A stretch of 64,000 nucleotides of DNA from an uncultured Actinomycetota bacterium (GTDB lineage: Bacteria > Actinomycetota > Actinomycetes > Actinomycetales > Dermatophilaceae): NCBI GenBank assembly GCA_963724015.1, contig CAVRTM010000014.1:427289-491288 (forward strand). Reading direction: 5' to 3'. Both the position numbers and the translations under genes were made by a program. A model generated the notes under the pieces. It saw nothing but the letters and a program-made list of their open reading frames with translations. It searched no databases and was not told the DNA's origin. Numbering within the stretch: position 1 is the stretch's first letter; the number at the start of each line of letters is the position of its first letter. Of this stretch, positions 9,926-22,143 are shown one piece after another.

Positions 9926-10810
9926 TCAGGCGGTCACGCCGGGCTCACGGTCCGGCGTGACCCCGGAACTGTCCCGCGAGCCCATCACCGAGGCGCTCGC
10001 CGCCATGACGCAGGCGAGCCCGAGCAGCTGCGGCCGGGACAGGGCCTGGCCGAGCACGACCAGGCCGGCGAGGGCGGCGACGGCCGGCTCCAGGCTCAAC
10101 AGGACCCCGAAGACCCGGGCACTCAGCCGGCGCAGCGCGATCAGCTCCAGGGAGTAGGGCAGCACCGAAGACAGGAGCGCGATCCCGGCTCCGCGCCAGA
10201 GCGCGTCCCAGGTGAAGAGCGCGGTGCCGGCCGTCGCGAGCCCCAGCGGCGCCACCAGCACGGCCGCGATGGCCATGGCGATCGCCAGGCCGTCCAGCTG
10301 CGCGAAGTGCGTGCCGGTGCGCGCGCTGAGCAGGATGTACGCCGCCCAGCAGGCGCCCGCGGCCAGGGCGAGCAGGATCCCGGTGACCTGGAGCTGGTCC
10401 CGCGGGGCGGTCAGCGCCCCGGAGACCAGCACGACGCCGAGGGCCGCCGCGGCCACGGCCACGAGGTCGCGCAGCTGGCGTGACAGCGCGGTGGCCAGGA
10501 CGAGGGGGCCGATGAACTCGACCGTCACCGCGACGCCGATCGGCAGCCGGGCGAGGGAGGCGTAGAAGCAGAGGTTCATCAGGGCAAGGACCACGGCGAA
10601 CGCCGAGACGGTGATCCAGTCCGCCCGGCTGCGACGGCGCAACCGGGGGCGGGCCACCGCCAGCAGCACCGCCGCGGCCAGAACCAGGCGCAGGGCCACC
10701 GACCCGGCGGGGCCGATCCGGGGGACCAGCGTCGCCGCCAGCGCCCCGCCGAACTGCACCGAGACGACCGCGGCGAGGACCAGCAGCGGTGCGGGGATGC
10801 GTGCGGTCAC
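9926..10810 (-). CDS. EamA/DMT family transporter
   Basis: 294-aa protein with 10 predicted TM segments and two EamA halves. Its GTG start overlaps the stop of the upstream peptidase gene (GTGA at 10807-10810). Confidence 0.8.
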   Translation of the reverse strand: MTARIPAPLLVLAAVVSVQFGGALAATLVPRIGPAGSVALRLVLAAAVLLAVARPRLRRRSRADWITVSAFAVVLALMNLCFYASLARLPIGVAVTVEFIGPLVLATALSRQLRDLVAVAAAALGVVLVSGALTAPRDQLQVTGILLALAAGACWAAYILLSARTGTHFAQLDGLAIAMAIAAVLVAPLGLATAGTALFTWDALWRGAGIALLSSVLPYSLELIALRRLSARVFGVLLSLEPAVAALAGLVVLGQALSRPQLLGLACVMAASASVMGSRDSSGVTPDREPGVTA

Positions 10811-11553
10811 CGCGGGTCGTCGGGCCCCGTGGTGAACCGCCCGACGCCACTGAGTGACTCCCGGCGTTCACGGGTCAGTGGCTCCTCCACGATCACGGCG
10901 CCGGTCTCCGGGGCGTGCAGCATGCGGCCGTCCCCGGTCGCGATGCCGACATGGTGGGCGGGCTGGCCGTCGCGGGCGAAGAAGAGCAGGTCGCCCTCCT
11001 GCACGTCCTCCGACCGGACGGGCGTCGCGGCCTCCTGCTGGTCGTGGGCGTCACGGGGGACGACCAGGCCCAGCGTGCGCAGGGTGAGGTGCACCAGCCC
11101 GGAGCAGTCCAGGCCGTACGTCGACATGCCGCCCCAGAGGTAGGGCAGCCCGAGGTGGTGGCGCGCCGTGGCGAGCAGTGCCGCGCCGGAGACCCGCGCG
11201 TCCGGCGCGGGGGCGGCGCCCGTCGGCGCCTCGGCCTCGCCGAGGTGTGCGGCGGGGATCCAGCCGGGGTAGCCGCGGGCGTCCACCGAGCTCGGCTGCC
11301 AGAGGCAGATGACCTGGCGCCAGTCCTCCCGGCTGCCGATGACCTGCACGGGCTCGCCCTGGACCAGCTGGCTCTCGACCCGACCGTGCAGACCGATCCG
11401 GCCGTCCTCGACCTCGTCGAGACCGCGGAGCCAGGCCGGCACGTCAGGGTGGGCGGTCACGGCCGGCGTGTCGACCTCGCGCGGGGACGTCGGCTCGACC
11501 CAGAGCATGGTCGCGGGCACGGTGACGATGGTGGCGGTCGGCATGTCGAGCAT
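10807..11553 (-). CDS. NlpC/P60 (C40) peptidase with an N-terminal SH3b-like region and no signal peptide
   Basis: This is the C-terminal 249 aa of ORF 10807..13116. Catalytic core: LGLPYLWGGMSTYGLDCSGLV...GDLLFF......HHVGIATGDGRMLHAP. An alternative start lies at 11544. Confidence 0.8.
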   Translation of the reverse strand: MLDMPTATIVTVPATMLWVEPTSPREVDTPAVTAHPDVPAWLRGLDEVEDGRIGLHGRVESQLVQGEPVQVIGSREDWRQVICLWQPSSVDARGYPGWIPAAHLGEAEAPTGAAPAPDARVSGAALLATARHHLGLPYLWGGMSTYGLDCSGLVHLTLRTLGLVVPRDAHDQQEAATPVRSEDVQEGDLLFFARDGQPAHHVGIATGDGRMLHAPETGAVIVEEPLTRERRESLSGVGRFTTGPDDPR

Positions 11554-11599
11554 CCTCACATGCCGGGTCCGGCGCCGCTGACGGGCATACTCCGTTGCC

Positions 11600-12445
11600 A
11601 TGGACCACCTCGCTGCCCCTCGTCCCACCGGGGGCCAGGGCGACCTGGCCGACCTGGCCGCGCCCCTGGCGGACCTGGTCGCCGCGGCCCCGGGGCACGT
11701 CTCGGTCGTGGTGGCGGACCCGACCGGCGTGCTGGCCGACATCGAGGGGAGCCGGGTGGTCCCGGCGGCGAGCACGGTCAAGGTGCCGGTCCTGGTAGCG
11801 GTGTTGCGGCAGGTGGCCAGGGGCGAGCTCGGGCTGGGCGATCCCGTCCGGCTGGGGGAGCGGCGCGTCGGCGGCAGCGGCCCCCTCGCGGCGCTGACGT
11901 CGGTGACCCGGCTGCCCGTCGGGGAGCTGCTCGACCTCATGATCACCCTGAGCGACAACGACGCCACGAACGCGTTGCTGGACCTCGTCGGCCTCTGCGC
12001 CGTGGACCGGCTCTGCCCGGCGCTGGGCATGGTGCGGACGTCGGTGCGCCGGCGGCTGATGGACCCGGAGGCGGTCCTCGAGGGGCGCGACAACACCACC
12101 TGCGCGGCCGACCTCGCGCGCGTCCTGGCGCTGCTGCGAGCAGGCGCGCTGCTGCCACCGGCCCAGACGGAGCTGGCCCTGCGTGTCCTGGCCGCGCAGC
12201 AGTTCCTCGACGGCTTGCCGGCGCTGCTGCCTGAGGGCGTCTGGCACGGCAACAAGACCGGCGAGCTGCACGGCATACGGCACGACATGATGCTGGTCGG
12301 AGCCGGCGGGAGCTGGGCCTCGGTGGCCGTCACCGCGACCGGCCTCGCCGATGACGTCACGGGAGCCGACCGGGGCTCCTTGGTCCTGCCGACGTTCGCG
12401 CGAGTCGGCGAGCTGGTGGCGTCCCGGCTGCACGACGCCTCCTGA
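11600..12445 (+). CDS. Serine hydrolase, class A beta-lactamase-related, no signal peptide
   Basis: SxxK (STVK), SDN (TLSDNDATN) and KTG (GNKTGEL) motifs appear in the canonical order. Confidence 0.8.
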   Translation: MDHLAAPRPTGGQGDLADLAAPLADLVAAAPGHVSVVVADPTGVLADIEGSRVVPAASTVKVPVLVAVLRQVARGELGLGDPVRLGERRVGGSGPLAALTSVTRLPVGELLDLMITLSDNDATNALLDLVGLCAVDRLCPALGMVRTSVRRRLMDPEAVLEGRDNTTCAADLARVLALLRAGALLPPAQTELALRVLAAQQFLDGLPALLPEGVWHGNKTGELHGIRHDMMLVGAGGSWASVAVTATGLADDVTGADRGSLVLPTFARVGELVASRLHDAS

Positions 12446-12884
12446 CCCCTTCGTCGCCGGTGCCCGGGCCACGGAACCGGCGCGCACAGCGACAGAGACA
12501 GAAGGGGTGGCCGGCCGGGTCGGCGTAGACCCGGAAGCCCCGGCTCTCGTCGCCCGTCGGGGCGCGCTGCGGGTCCAGGGGCACGGCGCCCAGCTGCACG
12601 GCGCGGGCGTGCGCGGCCGCCATGTCCGTCACCGTCAGGTCGAGGTGCATCTGCTGCGGCACGCCGTCGGGCCAGGAGGGGGCGACGTACCGCTCGGCGC
12701 GCTGGAAGGCCAGCGACGGCCCCGACCCGTCCCCGGTGAGGCTCTGCCAGGTGGCGTCGCCGCCCGGGTCGACCTGCCGACCCAGCAGCGCGGCGTAGAA
12801 GCGCGCCAGGGCGGCCGGGTCGGGACAGTCGAGGACGACCGTGTCGAGGCGCACCGGGACGGGCGCGTCGGATGGGGCGGTCAC
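12357..12884 (-). CDS. VOC/glyoxalase-like domain protein
   Basis: GTG at 12884. Sequence: VRLDTVVLDCPDPAALARFYAALLG...LAFQRAE.Y..P.WP......QMHLDL...DPAGHPFCLC. The last 45 or so codons are Arg/Gly-rich and overlap the 3' end of the facing gene, so the true stop may be obscured. Confidence 0.65.
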   Translation of the reverse strand: MTAPSDAPVPVRLDTVVLDCPDPAALARFYAALLGRQVDPGGDATWQSLTGDGSGPSLAFQRAERYVAPSWPDGVPQQMHLDLTVTDMAAAHARAVQLGAVPLDPQRAPTGDESRGFRVYADPAGHPFCLCRCARRFRGPGTGDEGVRRRRAAGTPPARRLARTSAGPRSPGRLP

Positions 12885-13156
12885 GCGATGCAGCCCATCG
12901 GCTGTCGCGCCGGGGCCGATCCGGCCTGCGGAGTCGGCGTGGCGGCGCGGCGAGCGCGACCCGGCCGGGGCGCGGAGGCGGACGCAACGGGTGTGGCGGC
13001 GGCGGCGCGGCGCAGGTGCAGGCGAACGGCGAGCACGGCCCAGCGCTGGCCCACGGGCGACGGGGGAGCGTCGAGACGCACGGAGCTGGCGGCGAGGCGG
13101 TGCAGGTCGCGGACATGCTGGTCGGCGAGGGCCCGGCTCATCTCGGGGTGGAACAC
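12881..13156 (-). CDS. Hypothetical small Ala/Arg-rich protein
   Basis: Strong RBS (gaaggagag) 5 nt before the GTG at 13156. Its stop overlaps the GTG of the VOC gene (GTGA at 12881-12884). N-terminus: MFHPEMSRALADQHVRDLHRLAA. Confidence 0.5.
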   Translation of the reverse strand: MFHPEMSRALADQHVRDLHRLAASSVRLDAPPSPVGQRWAVLAVRLHLRRAAAATPVASASAPRPGRARRAATPTPQAGSAPARQPMGCIA

Positions 13157-13263
13157 GGTTCTCTCCTTCGGACGGACGCCGGTGACCCTGTGCGATAACC
13201 GGCAAAATCACTATGGCAGTTACCACATCGGGGCGCAACCACCCATCGCGCTACAGTGGTTAC

Positions 13264-13785
13264 ATGACCTCCTCCGGCCTTGTCCTGCTCGAGACATGCG
13301 GCGACCCCGCGGACCTGGTCGTGGCCTTCCTCAACACGCTGGACGTCGACGAGGGCACCGACGTGCTGGCGTCGACGCAGGAATGGGCTGGCTGGCTGCG
13401 GCAGCAGGGCCTGCACGGGTCCTTCGGTGAACCCGGAGCGGGGGACCTGGAGCAGGCGCGCGAGCTGCGCCGCGACCTGCGGGCCCGCGCCGAGGGGCAA
13501 CCGTGCGCCGAGGTCCGCTCGGTCGGCATCCAGGTCGCGCTGACCGCGGACGGTGCGGTGGAGCTCAGCGCCTCCTCTCCGGTCGGGCTCGTCGCGGCGG
13601 CCGCCGCCAAGGTCGCCATCGAGCGCCGGCTCGACCGGGTCAAGATCTGTCCGGCCGACGACTGCCGGTGGGCGTTCTACGACACCTCCCGCAACCGGTC
13701 GCGCCAGTGGTGCTCGATGGAGGTCTGTGGCAACCGTGCCAAGGCGCGCTCGCACCGGCAGCGCGTGGCCTCCTCCTCGGCCTAG
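13264..13785 (+). CDS. CGNR zinc-finger (ABATE-domain) protein
   Basis: The C-terminal signature CPADDCRWAFYDTSRNRSRQWCSMEVCGNRAKARSHRQR is diagnostic. ATG at 13264. Confidence 0.85.
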   Translation: MTSSGLVLLETCGDPADLVVAFLNTLDVDEGTDVLASTQEWAGWLRQQGLHGSFGEPGAGDLEQARELRRDLRARAEGQPCAEVRSVGIQVALTADGAVELSASSPVGLVAAAAAKVAIERRLDRVKICPADDCRWAFYDTSRNRSRQWCSMEVCGNRAKARSHRQRVASSSA

Positions 13786-14039
13786 GGCGCACCGGCGCCA
13801 TGTCCTGGCGACCCTGCGTGAACCCGCCGGTCCGAGCCGCAGGGCTGCCTGGACGCTGAGAGGGCGCTGGCCGCGCGACCGCGACGGTTGCGCCGGGGCC
13901 CGGCGGTGGGGAGACTGCAGCAGGGCCGACGGGGTCGCGGGCGACGCCGGAACGGGTGCCCTGTCGCCGGCTGCGGCCGCACGTGGAGGCCCTGGTTGGC
14001 CCCGGGCCGCCTGCCCTGCGGGGCAGGCCATTCCGGACC

Positions 14040-14115
14040 ATAGGTTGCCGTTTCCGGCAAACAGGTCAAGGCTTGGTCAAGAACCGACAAGTCCTAGTCA
14101 AAAATGACTATGGTT
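14040..14115. promoter_or_regulatory. AT-rich island with palindromes and direct repeats upstream of the kinase/regulator operon
   Basis: About 47% GC over 14041-14130 by my count, in a much GC-richer window. Elements are the inverted repeat TTGCCG-tttc-CGGCAA (14045-14060), the direct repeat GGTCAAG x2 (14064-70, 14075-81), and the perfect palindrome TAGTCA-aaaa-TGACTA (14095-14110). Confidence 0.5.
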
Positions 14116-14210
14116 CCAGCATTGTTGTACGCCTACGTTGGCTGGAGCAGACGCGGTTACGCCTCCAGGGGGAGTCGCTACCGCACCGGGCTCGAGACGG
14201 GTGAGGAACG

Positions 14211-14852
14211 ATGACGACACGCAGACTGTCCGACACCGACCCCCTGCGCGACGCCGCCGGCGTCGACGCCGTACGCGCGCTGTGCCACGACCTCCGCCAG
14301 CCACTGTCGGCGATCCTGATGCTCGCCGAGTCCGGGGGCGGTGACCCCGAACGCAGGTTGGCCACCATCCGCGACGAGGCCCGCTGGCTCGCCTCGATGA
14401 TCGACGACGTCCTCACCGACGCGCCGGTCGACCACCCCGACGTGGTCGACGTGCTGGATCTCGTCCGGGGCTGCGTCAACCGCGCCCGTCCCACCGCCGG
14501 ATGCGCGATCGCGGTGGCCGGCCGATCCGGGGCCGTGGCGTTCGTGCCGCCCGTGGGGCTGGGCCGGGCCATCGGCTGCATCCTCGACAACGCCATCCGG
14601 GCTGCAGGCCCCGGCGGCCACGTCAGCATCGACGTGCACGAGCAGGCCGGCAGCATCCACGTCATCATCGAGGACGACGGCCCCGGGCTCGGCAAGGTCG
14701 CCGCGCACACCTCGATGGGGCTCACCATCACCGCGGCGCTGGTGTCCTCCAGCGGTGGCCAGTTCACGTTGACGCCCCGGTCCGGCGCGCCGCACGGGGC
14801 CGTCGCCCGGATCGTGCTGCCGGGGCTCGGCGCCCGGGCGGTGGCTTCATGA
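14211..14852 (+). CDS. Histidine kinase, soluble, with no recognisable sensor or TM domain
   Basis: 213 aa. H-box: ALCHDLRQPLSAILMLAE. HATPase N/G boxes: DNAIRAAGPGG..EDDGPGLG..GLTI. Confidence 0.8.
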   Translation: MTTRRLSDTDPLRDAAGVDAVRALCHDLRQPLSAILMLAESGGGDPERRLATIRDEARWLASMIDDVLTDAPVDHPDVVDVLDLVRGCVNRARPTAGCAIAVAGRSGAVAFVPPVGLGRAIGCILDNAIRAAGPGGHVSIDVHEQAGSIHVIIEDDGPGLGKVAAHTSMGLTITAALVSSSGGQFTLTPRSGAPHGAVARIVLPGLGARAVAS

Positions 14853-15499
14853 GGCTGGTGGTGTGCGACGACCACCGCCTGTTGGTCGACGCCCTCGCCC
14901 TCGCCCTCACCGAGGAGGGTCACGAGGTGGTGGCCACCCCCGGGCGGCCGGGCGACGCCGTCGAGGCCGTGCGCGAGCACCAGCCCGACGCCTGCCTGCT
15001 CGACGTGTCCTTCCCCGACGAGAGTGGGCTCAGCGCCATCGGCCTGATCCACGCCGCCTCCCCGACGACCAAGATCATCATCTTGTCGGGGTCCACCGAC
15101 CAGACGGTCGTGGCCGAGGCCATCGGCAAGGGCGCCCACGGCTTCGTCAGCAAGGAGCGGCCGGTCACCGAGATCATCGCCGCCCTCGAACGCGCCCGCG
15201 ACGGGCACATGGCCGTGGACTCCGACCTGCTCCAGCAGGTGCAGAGCTCGCGGGAGTCCACCGACAACCCGCTGTGGGTGCTGCGGTTCCTCACCGACCG
15301 CGAGTGGGAGGTGATGCGGTGCATCCTCGACGGCCAGACCACCGAGGAGATGGCACGCAACCTCGGCGTCCAGCGCAGCACCGCCCGCACCCACGTCCAG
15401 AACCTCCTCACCAAGCTCGGCGTCCACTCGCGGCTCCAGGTCGCCGCGCTGATGAACGCCGGCGGCGTGACGAACGGCCCACCCGTGCCTCAGGACTGA
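14849..15499 (+). CDS. NarL/LuxR-family response regulator
   Basis: Its ATG overlaps the kinase stop (ATGA at 14849-14852). Receiver domain: VVCDDHRLL..LLDVSFPD. C-terminal LuxR HTH: LTDREWEVMRCILDGQTTEEMARNLGVQRSTARTHVQNLLTKLGVHSR. Confidence 0.9.
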   Translation: MRLVVCDDHRLLVDALALALTEEGHEVVATPGRPGDAVEAVREHQPDACLLDVSFPDESGLSAIGLIHAASPTTKIIILSGSTDQTVVAEAIGKGAHGFVSKERPVTEIIAALERARDGHMAVDSDLLQQVQSSRESTDNPLWVLRFLTDREWEVMRCILDGQTTEEMARNLGVQRSTARTHVQNLLTKLGVHSRLQVAALMNAGGVTNGPPVPQD

Positions 15500-15592
15500 A
15501 CCCGCACGCCCGCACCGGCACACGCACTGCAGGACCCGTTCGGCTGAGCAGCAGAACGGACACCACAGGATCACGCACCAAGGACGGTATGC

Positions 15593-16271
15593 ATGAGCTC
15601 GACAGCAATCAGGGTGGCGGTCATCGACGACCACCAGGTCTTCGCCGACGCGCTGGCGAGTCGGCTGCGGGAGGAGCACGACCTCACGGTGGTCGGGACC
15701 GCGCGGGCGGCCAGCGACAGCTGGGAGCTGCTCCAGCGCAACGACGTCGACGTCATCGCGCTCGACCTCGACCTCGCCGGTGACGACGGGCTGCGCCTGG
15801 GCCGCGAGATCCTGGAGACCTGGCCCGACATCGGCATCGTCGTCGTCACCGGTGCCGCCGAGGAGGTCCCCCGCGTCCTCGAGGCGGTCGCAGATGGGCG
15901 TCCGCGGCTGGGTCGACAAGGCCGACACGGCTGACACGCTCGTCGCGGCGGTGCGCGCGGCGGGTCGCGGCGAGAGCCGGATCCCGTCCGACATGCTGAC
16001 GAAGGCGCTGATGTACCTCTCCGCCGGCGGTCCGGCCGCGACCCCCGAGCAGGAGGCGATCGGCCGGCTCACCAACCGTGAGCGCGACGTGCTCTTCGGT
16101 CTGATGGACGGGCTGTCGCGCACGCAGATCGGCGAGCTGCTCAAGGTGTCGCCCAACACGGTCCGGACGCACGTGCAGAGCATCCTGTCCAAGCTCAACG
16201 TTCACTCTGCACTCGGTGCGGTGGCGCTGGCCCGCAAGGCAGGCGTGAGCCGGGAGTCCGCGGGCGCCTGA
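15593..16271 (+). pseudogene. Second NarL/LuxR-family response regulator, one apparent +1 frameshift near 15889
   Basis: The frame-2 receiver domain (IRVAVIDDHQVFADAL..VIALDLDLAGDDG..IVVVTG) continues in frame 3 with MGVRGWVDKADTADTLVAAVRAA.. and the LuxR HTH LTNRERDVLFGLMDGLSRTQIGELLKVSPNTVRTHVQSILSKLNVHS. Confidence 0.85.
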
Positions 16272-16293
16272 CCGACGGCGCTTCCCTCAGCGG

Positions 16294-16999
16294 GTCAGCC
16301 CCAGGCCGGCAGGCTCGGTAGCGGCCCCTCGGCCGTCACCGCGTCCGCGCGGCCCCGGGCGATCCACAGCAGCAGGGCCGGCCCGGCTGCCGGTGACGGA
16401 CGTCGCCCCGTCGCCGATCGACCACACGTCGCCCTCGTCGCTGCGGATCCGCAGCGACGGAGCCGTCGGGGCGTCCGCCAGCGTGGCGACGGCGCGGCGC
16501 AGGGTGCGCTCGACGAAGCCGGCGTCGGCGTCGGCGAGCGGAGTAGCCCAGGTCCAGGTCGACATGGTGGAGGACGACCTCGCGCAGCCGCAGCGTCGGC
16601 AGGTCACGGCCGGCCACCGTCCGGCCGCCGCGCACCTCCACCTGCTGCTCCTCGGCGGCACCCGCGAGCGAGGGCGCGATCTCGGCGAACCGGGCGGCGG
16701 AGGAGACCAGGTCGGCGACCTGCTCGGCGGCGGGCCGGCGGGCGCCCTCGGCGATGTCGGCGTCCCGCGCCTCGGGGGAGGCGTACATCGGCGTGCGGAC
16801 GCCGGTGGTCGCCCAGCGCGCGAGGTGGCACAGGGCGTCGGCGTTGCGCGCCACGTGCGTCACGACGTGGGCGCGGGTCCATCCCGCGCACAGGCTCGGG
16901 GCGGCCATCGCCGCGTCGTCCAGACCGGGTCGCGGTGGCCAGGAGCGAGCGGGTCTCCGCCTCCAGCAGCTCGAGGTTCTCGAGCAGGTGGGAGCTCAT
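16294..16999 (-). pseudogene. Maleylpyruvate isomerase-family mycothiol-dependent (DinB/MDMPI_N) protein, three apparent +1 frameshifts (about 16928, 16540, 16376)
   Basis: Joined reading: MSSHLLENLELLEAETRSLLATAT / GLDDAAMAAPSLCAGWTRAHVVTHVARNADAL...HHVDLDLGYS / LADADAGFVERTLRRAV...VTGSRAG / LLLWIARGRADAVTAEGPLPSLPAWG*. Its ATG overlaps the GH15 stop (ATGA at 16996-16999). Confidence 0.75.
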
Positions 17000-18771
17000 G
17001 CGCCCAGCGTGACGGCGGCGCTGATCAGCGCGAGGTGGCTGAACGCCTGCGGGAAGTTGCCGACCATCCGCTCGCGCACGGGGTCGTACTCCTCGGCCAT
17101 CAGCCCGAGGTCGTTGGACAGGGACACCAGGCGCTTCATCAGCGTGTGGGCCTCCGTCGTCGCGCCCGGCACCGGCGTACGCGGACACCAGCCAGAACGA
17201 GCAGGCGAGGAACGGGTGCTCGTCGCCGGTCAGCCCGTCCACGCCGCTGCCGGTGCGGTAGCGCAGCAGCAGCCCCTCGTGCATCAGGTCCTCCTCCACC
17301 GCCGCGGATGGTCCCGAGCACGCGCGGGTCGTCCGGCGGCAGGAACCCGACCGTGGGGATCAGCAGCAGCGAGGCGTCGACCTCCTTGGTGCCGTAGTGC
17401 TGGGTGAAGGTGCCCCGCTCGCTGTCGTAGCCGTGGGTCAGCACCTCCTGGCGCACCTCCTCCCGCAGCGCCCGCCACCGCTCCACCGGTCCGTCGAGGC
17501 CGTGCCGCTCGACCGCGGCGACGGCCCGGTCGAACGCGGCCCAGACCATGACGCGGGAGTGGGTGAAGTGCTGCTGCTCGCCGCGGATCTCCCAGATGCC
17601 GTTGTCGGGCTGCTTCCAGTGCTGCGCGAGGTCCTCGACCAGCGTGCGCTGCAGCGCCCAGGAGTCGGCCGAGTCGCGGATGCCGGCCTCGCGGGCGGCC
17701 TCCAGGGCGACCATCACCTCGCCGAGCACGTCGGTCTGGCGCTGGTCGACCGCGCGCGTTGCCGAGCCGGACCGGCCGCGAGTCGGCGTAGCCGGGCAGG
17801 TGCGTCAGCTCGCGCTCGGGCAGCTCGCGGGCGCCGTCCACGGCGTACATGATCTGCATGTCCTCGGGGTCGCCGGCGATGGCGCGCAGCAGCCAGCCGC
17901 GCCACAGGCGGGTCTCCTGGTCGAAGCCGGAGGCCAGCAGCGCCTCGACGGTCAGCGAGGCGTCGCGCAGCCAGCAGAAGCGGTAGTCCCAGTTGCGGCT
18001 GCCGCCGAAGTCCTCCGGCAGCGACGTGGTGGGGGCGGCGACGATGCCGCCGGTGCCGCCGTGGGTGAGCAGCCGCAGCACCAGCAGGGAGCGGGTCACC
18101 GCCGCCCGGTAGGGGCCGGCGTAGTCGCAGCCGGGCGAACCAGCGCTCGCTCGAGCGCGATCGTCTCGGCGATCTGGCGGTCGACGTCCACGGCCACGGG
18201 AACGGGCTTGTGCGAGGGGGACCAGGTGGTGGAGAAGGTGAGCTCCTCGCCCTCGTTGACGTCGAACTCGTCCTCGTGGCGCCCGTCGACGGCCCGCGGC
18301 AGCCGCGGCGCCGCGCAGGACCACCATGTCGGGGCCGGCGACGGCGGAGATGACCTCGTTGCCGCTGCCGTCGACGCGGCGCCGGACCCACGGCCGGACC
18401 TTGCCGTAGCCGAACCGCACCACCCACTCGTGCCGCATCCGGACCGTGCCGGAGACCCCCACGACGCGGCGCAGGATGTCGGCGCGGCCGTCCCGCAACG
18501 GCATGAGATCGGTCACCTTCACCACCCCCGTGTCGGTCTCGTGGGTCGTCTCCAGGACGAGGCTGTCGTCGCGGTAGCGGCGGGTCGTCGTCGCCCGGCC
18601 CACGGGTCCGATCAGCCAGCGGCCGTGCTCCGGCGTGCCGAGGAGCGCGGCGAAGCAGGCGGGAGAGTCGAACCGGGGCAGGCAGAGCCAGTCCACGGAG
18701 CCGTCACGGCCGACGAGGGCGGCGGTGCCCGTGTCGCCCAGGACGGCGTAGTCCTCGATCGGAAGTGCCAT
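16996..18771 (-). pseudogene. Glycoside hydrolase family 15 (glucoamylase/trehalase-like), about six apparent +1 frameshifts
   Basis: N-terminus: [45 protein letters not shown]. Later segments: GGIVAAPTTSLPEDFGGSRNWDYRFCWLRDASL, IWEIRGEQQHFTHSRVMVWAAFDRAV, FLACSFWLVSAYAGAGR, LMAEEYDPVRERMVGNFPQAFSHLALISAA. The shifts lie near 18310, 18157, 18130, 17755, 17303 and 17165. Confidence 0.8.
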
Positions 18772-18856
18772 GACCGCACCGTATGCCCGGCGGCTGAGGA
18801 CCGCCCGGCCGGCTTCGGGGAGGAGGGTGTCGGTGCGGGCACCTACGATTGTCGAC

Positions 18857-21985
<3,129 letters not shown>

Positions 21986-22001
<16 letters not shown>

Positions 22002-22106
22002 CCAGGCGGGCGTCCTGACACCGCGCGGGTGCCTGACACCGCGCGGGTGCTGACACCGCGCGGGTGCTGACACCGGCGCGCGCCCTGACACCGGCGCGGC
22101 GTCCTG
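21986..22106. repeat. Tandem 17-18 bp repeat array (about 6 units) overlapping the uvrA stop, with each full unit ending in TGA
   Basis: ccaggcgggcgtcgTGA ccaggcgggcgtccTGA caccgcgcgggtgccTGA caccgcgcgggtgcTGA caccgcgcgggtgcTGA caccggcgcgcgcccTGA caccggcgcggcgtcctgg. The TGAs lie at 21999, 22016, 22034, 22051, 22068 and 22086. Confidence 0.85.
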
Positions 22107-22143
22107 GCGGAAGGGCTGTACCCGTCCCCGGGTCAGGTGCTCG

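Noticed and set aside
10807-13116. A 769-aa minus-strand ORF read as one protein
   Set aside because: Only the last 249 or so codons (the NlpC/P60 peptidase) look like coding sequence. The upstream part is antisense to the beta-lactamase-like gene and overlaps the VOC gene in another frame.
13786-14039. A possible small gene or ncRNA in the GC-rich half of the 425-bp gap after the CGNR gene, including an 8-bp hairpin at 14009-14028
   Set aside because: No frame gives a recognisable protein, and the hairpin alone is weak evidence. I left it unannotated.
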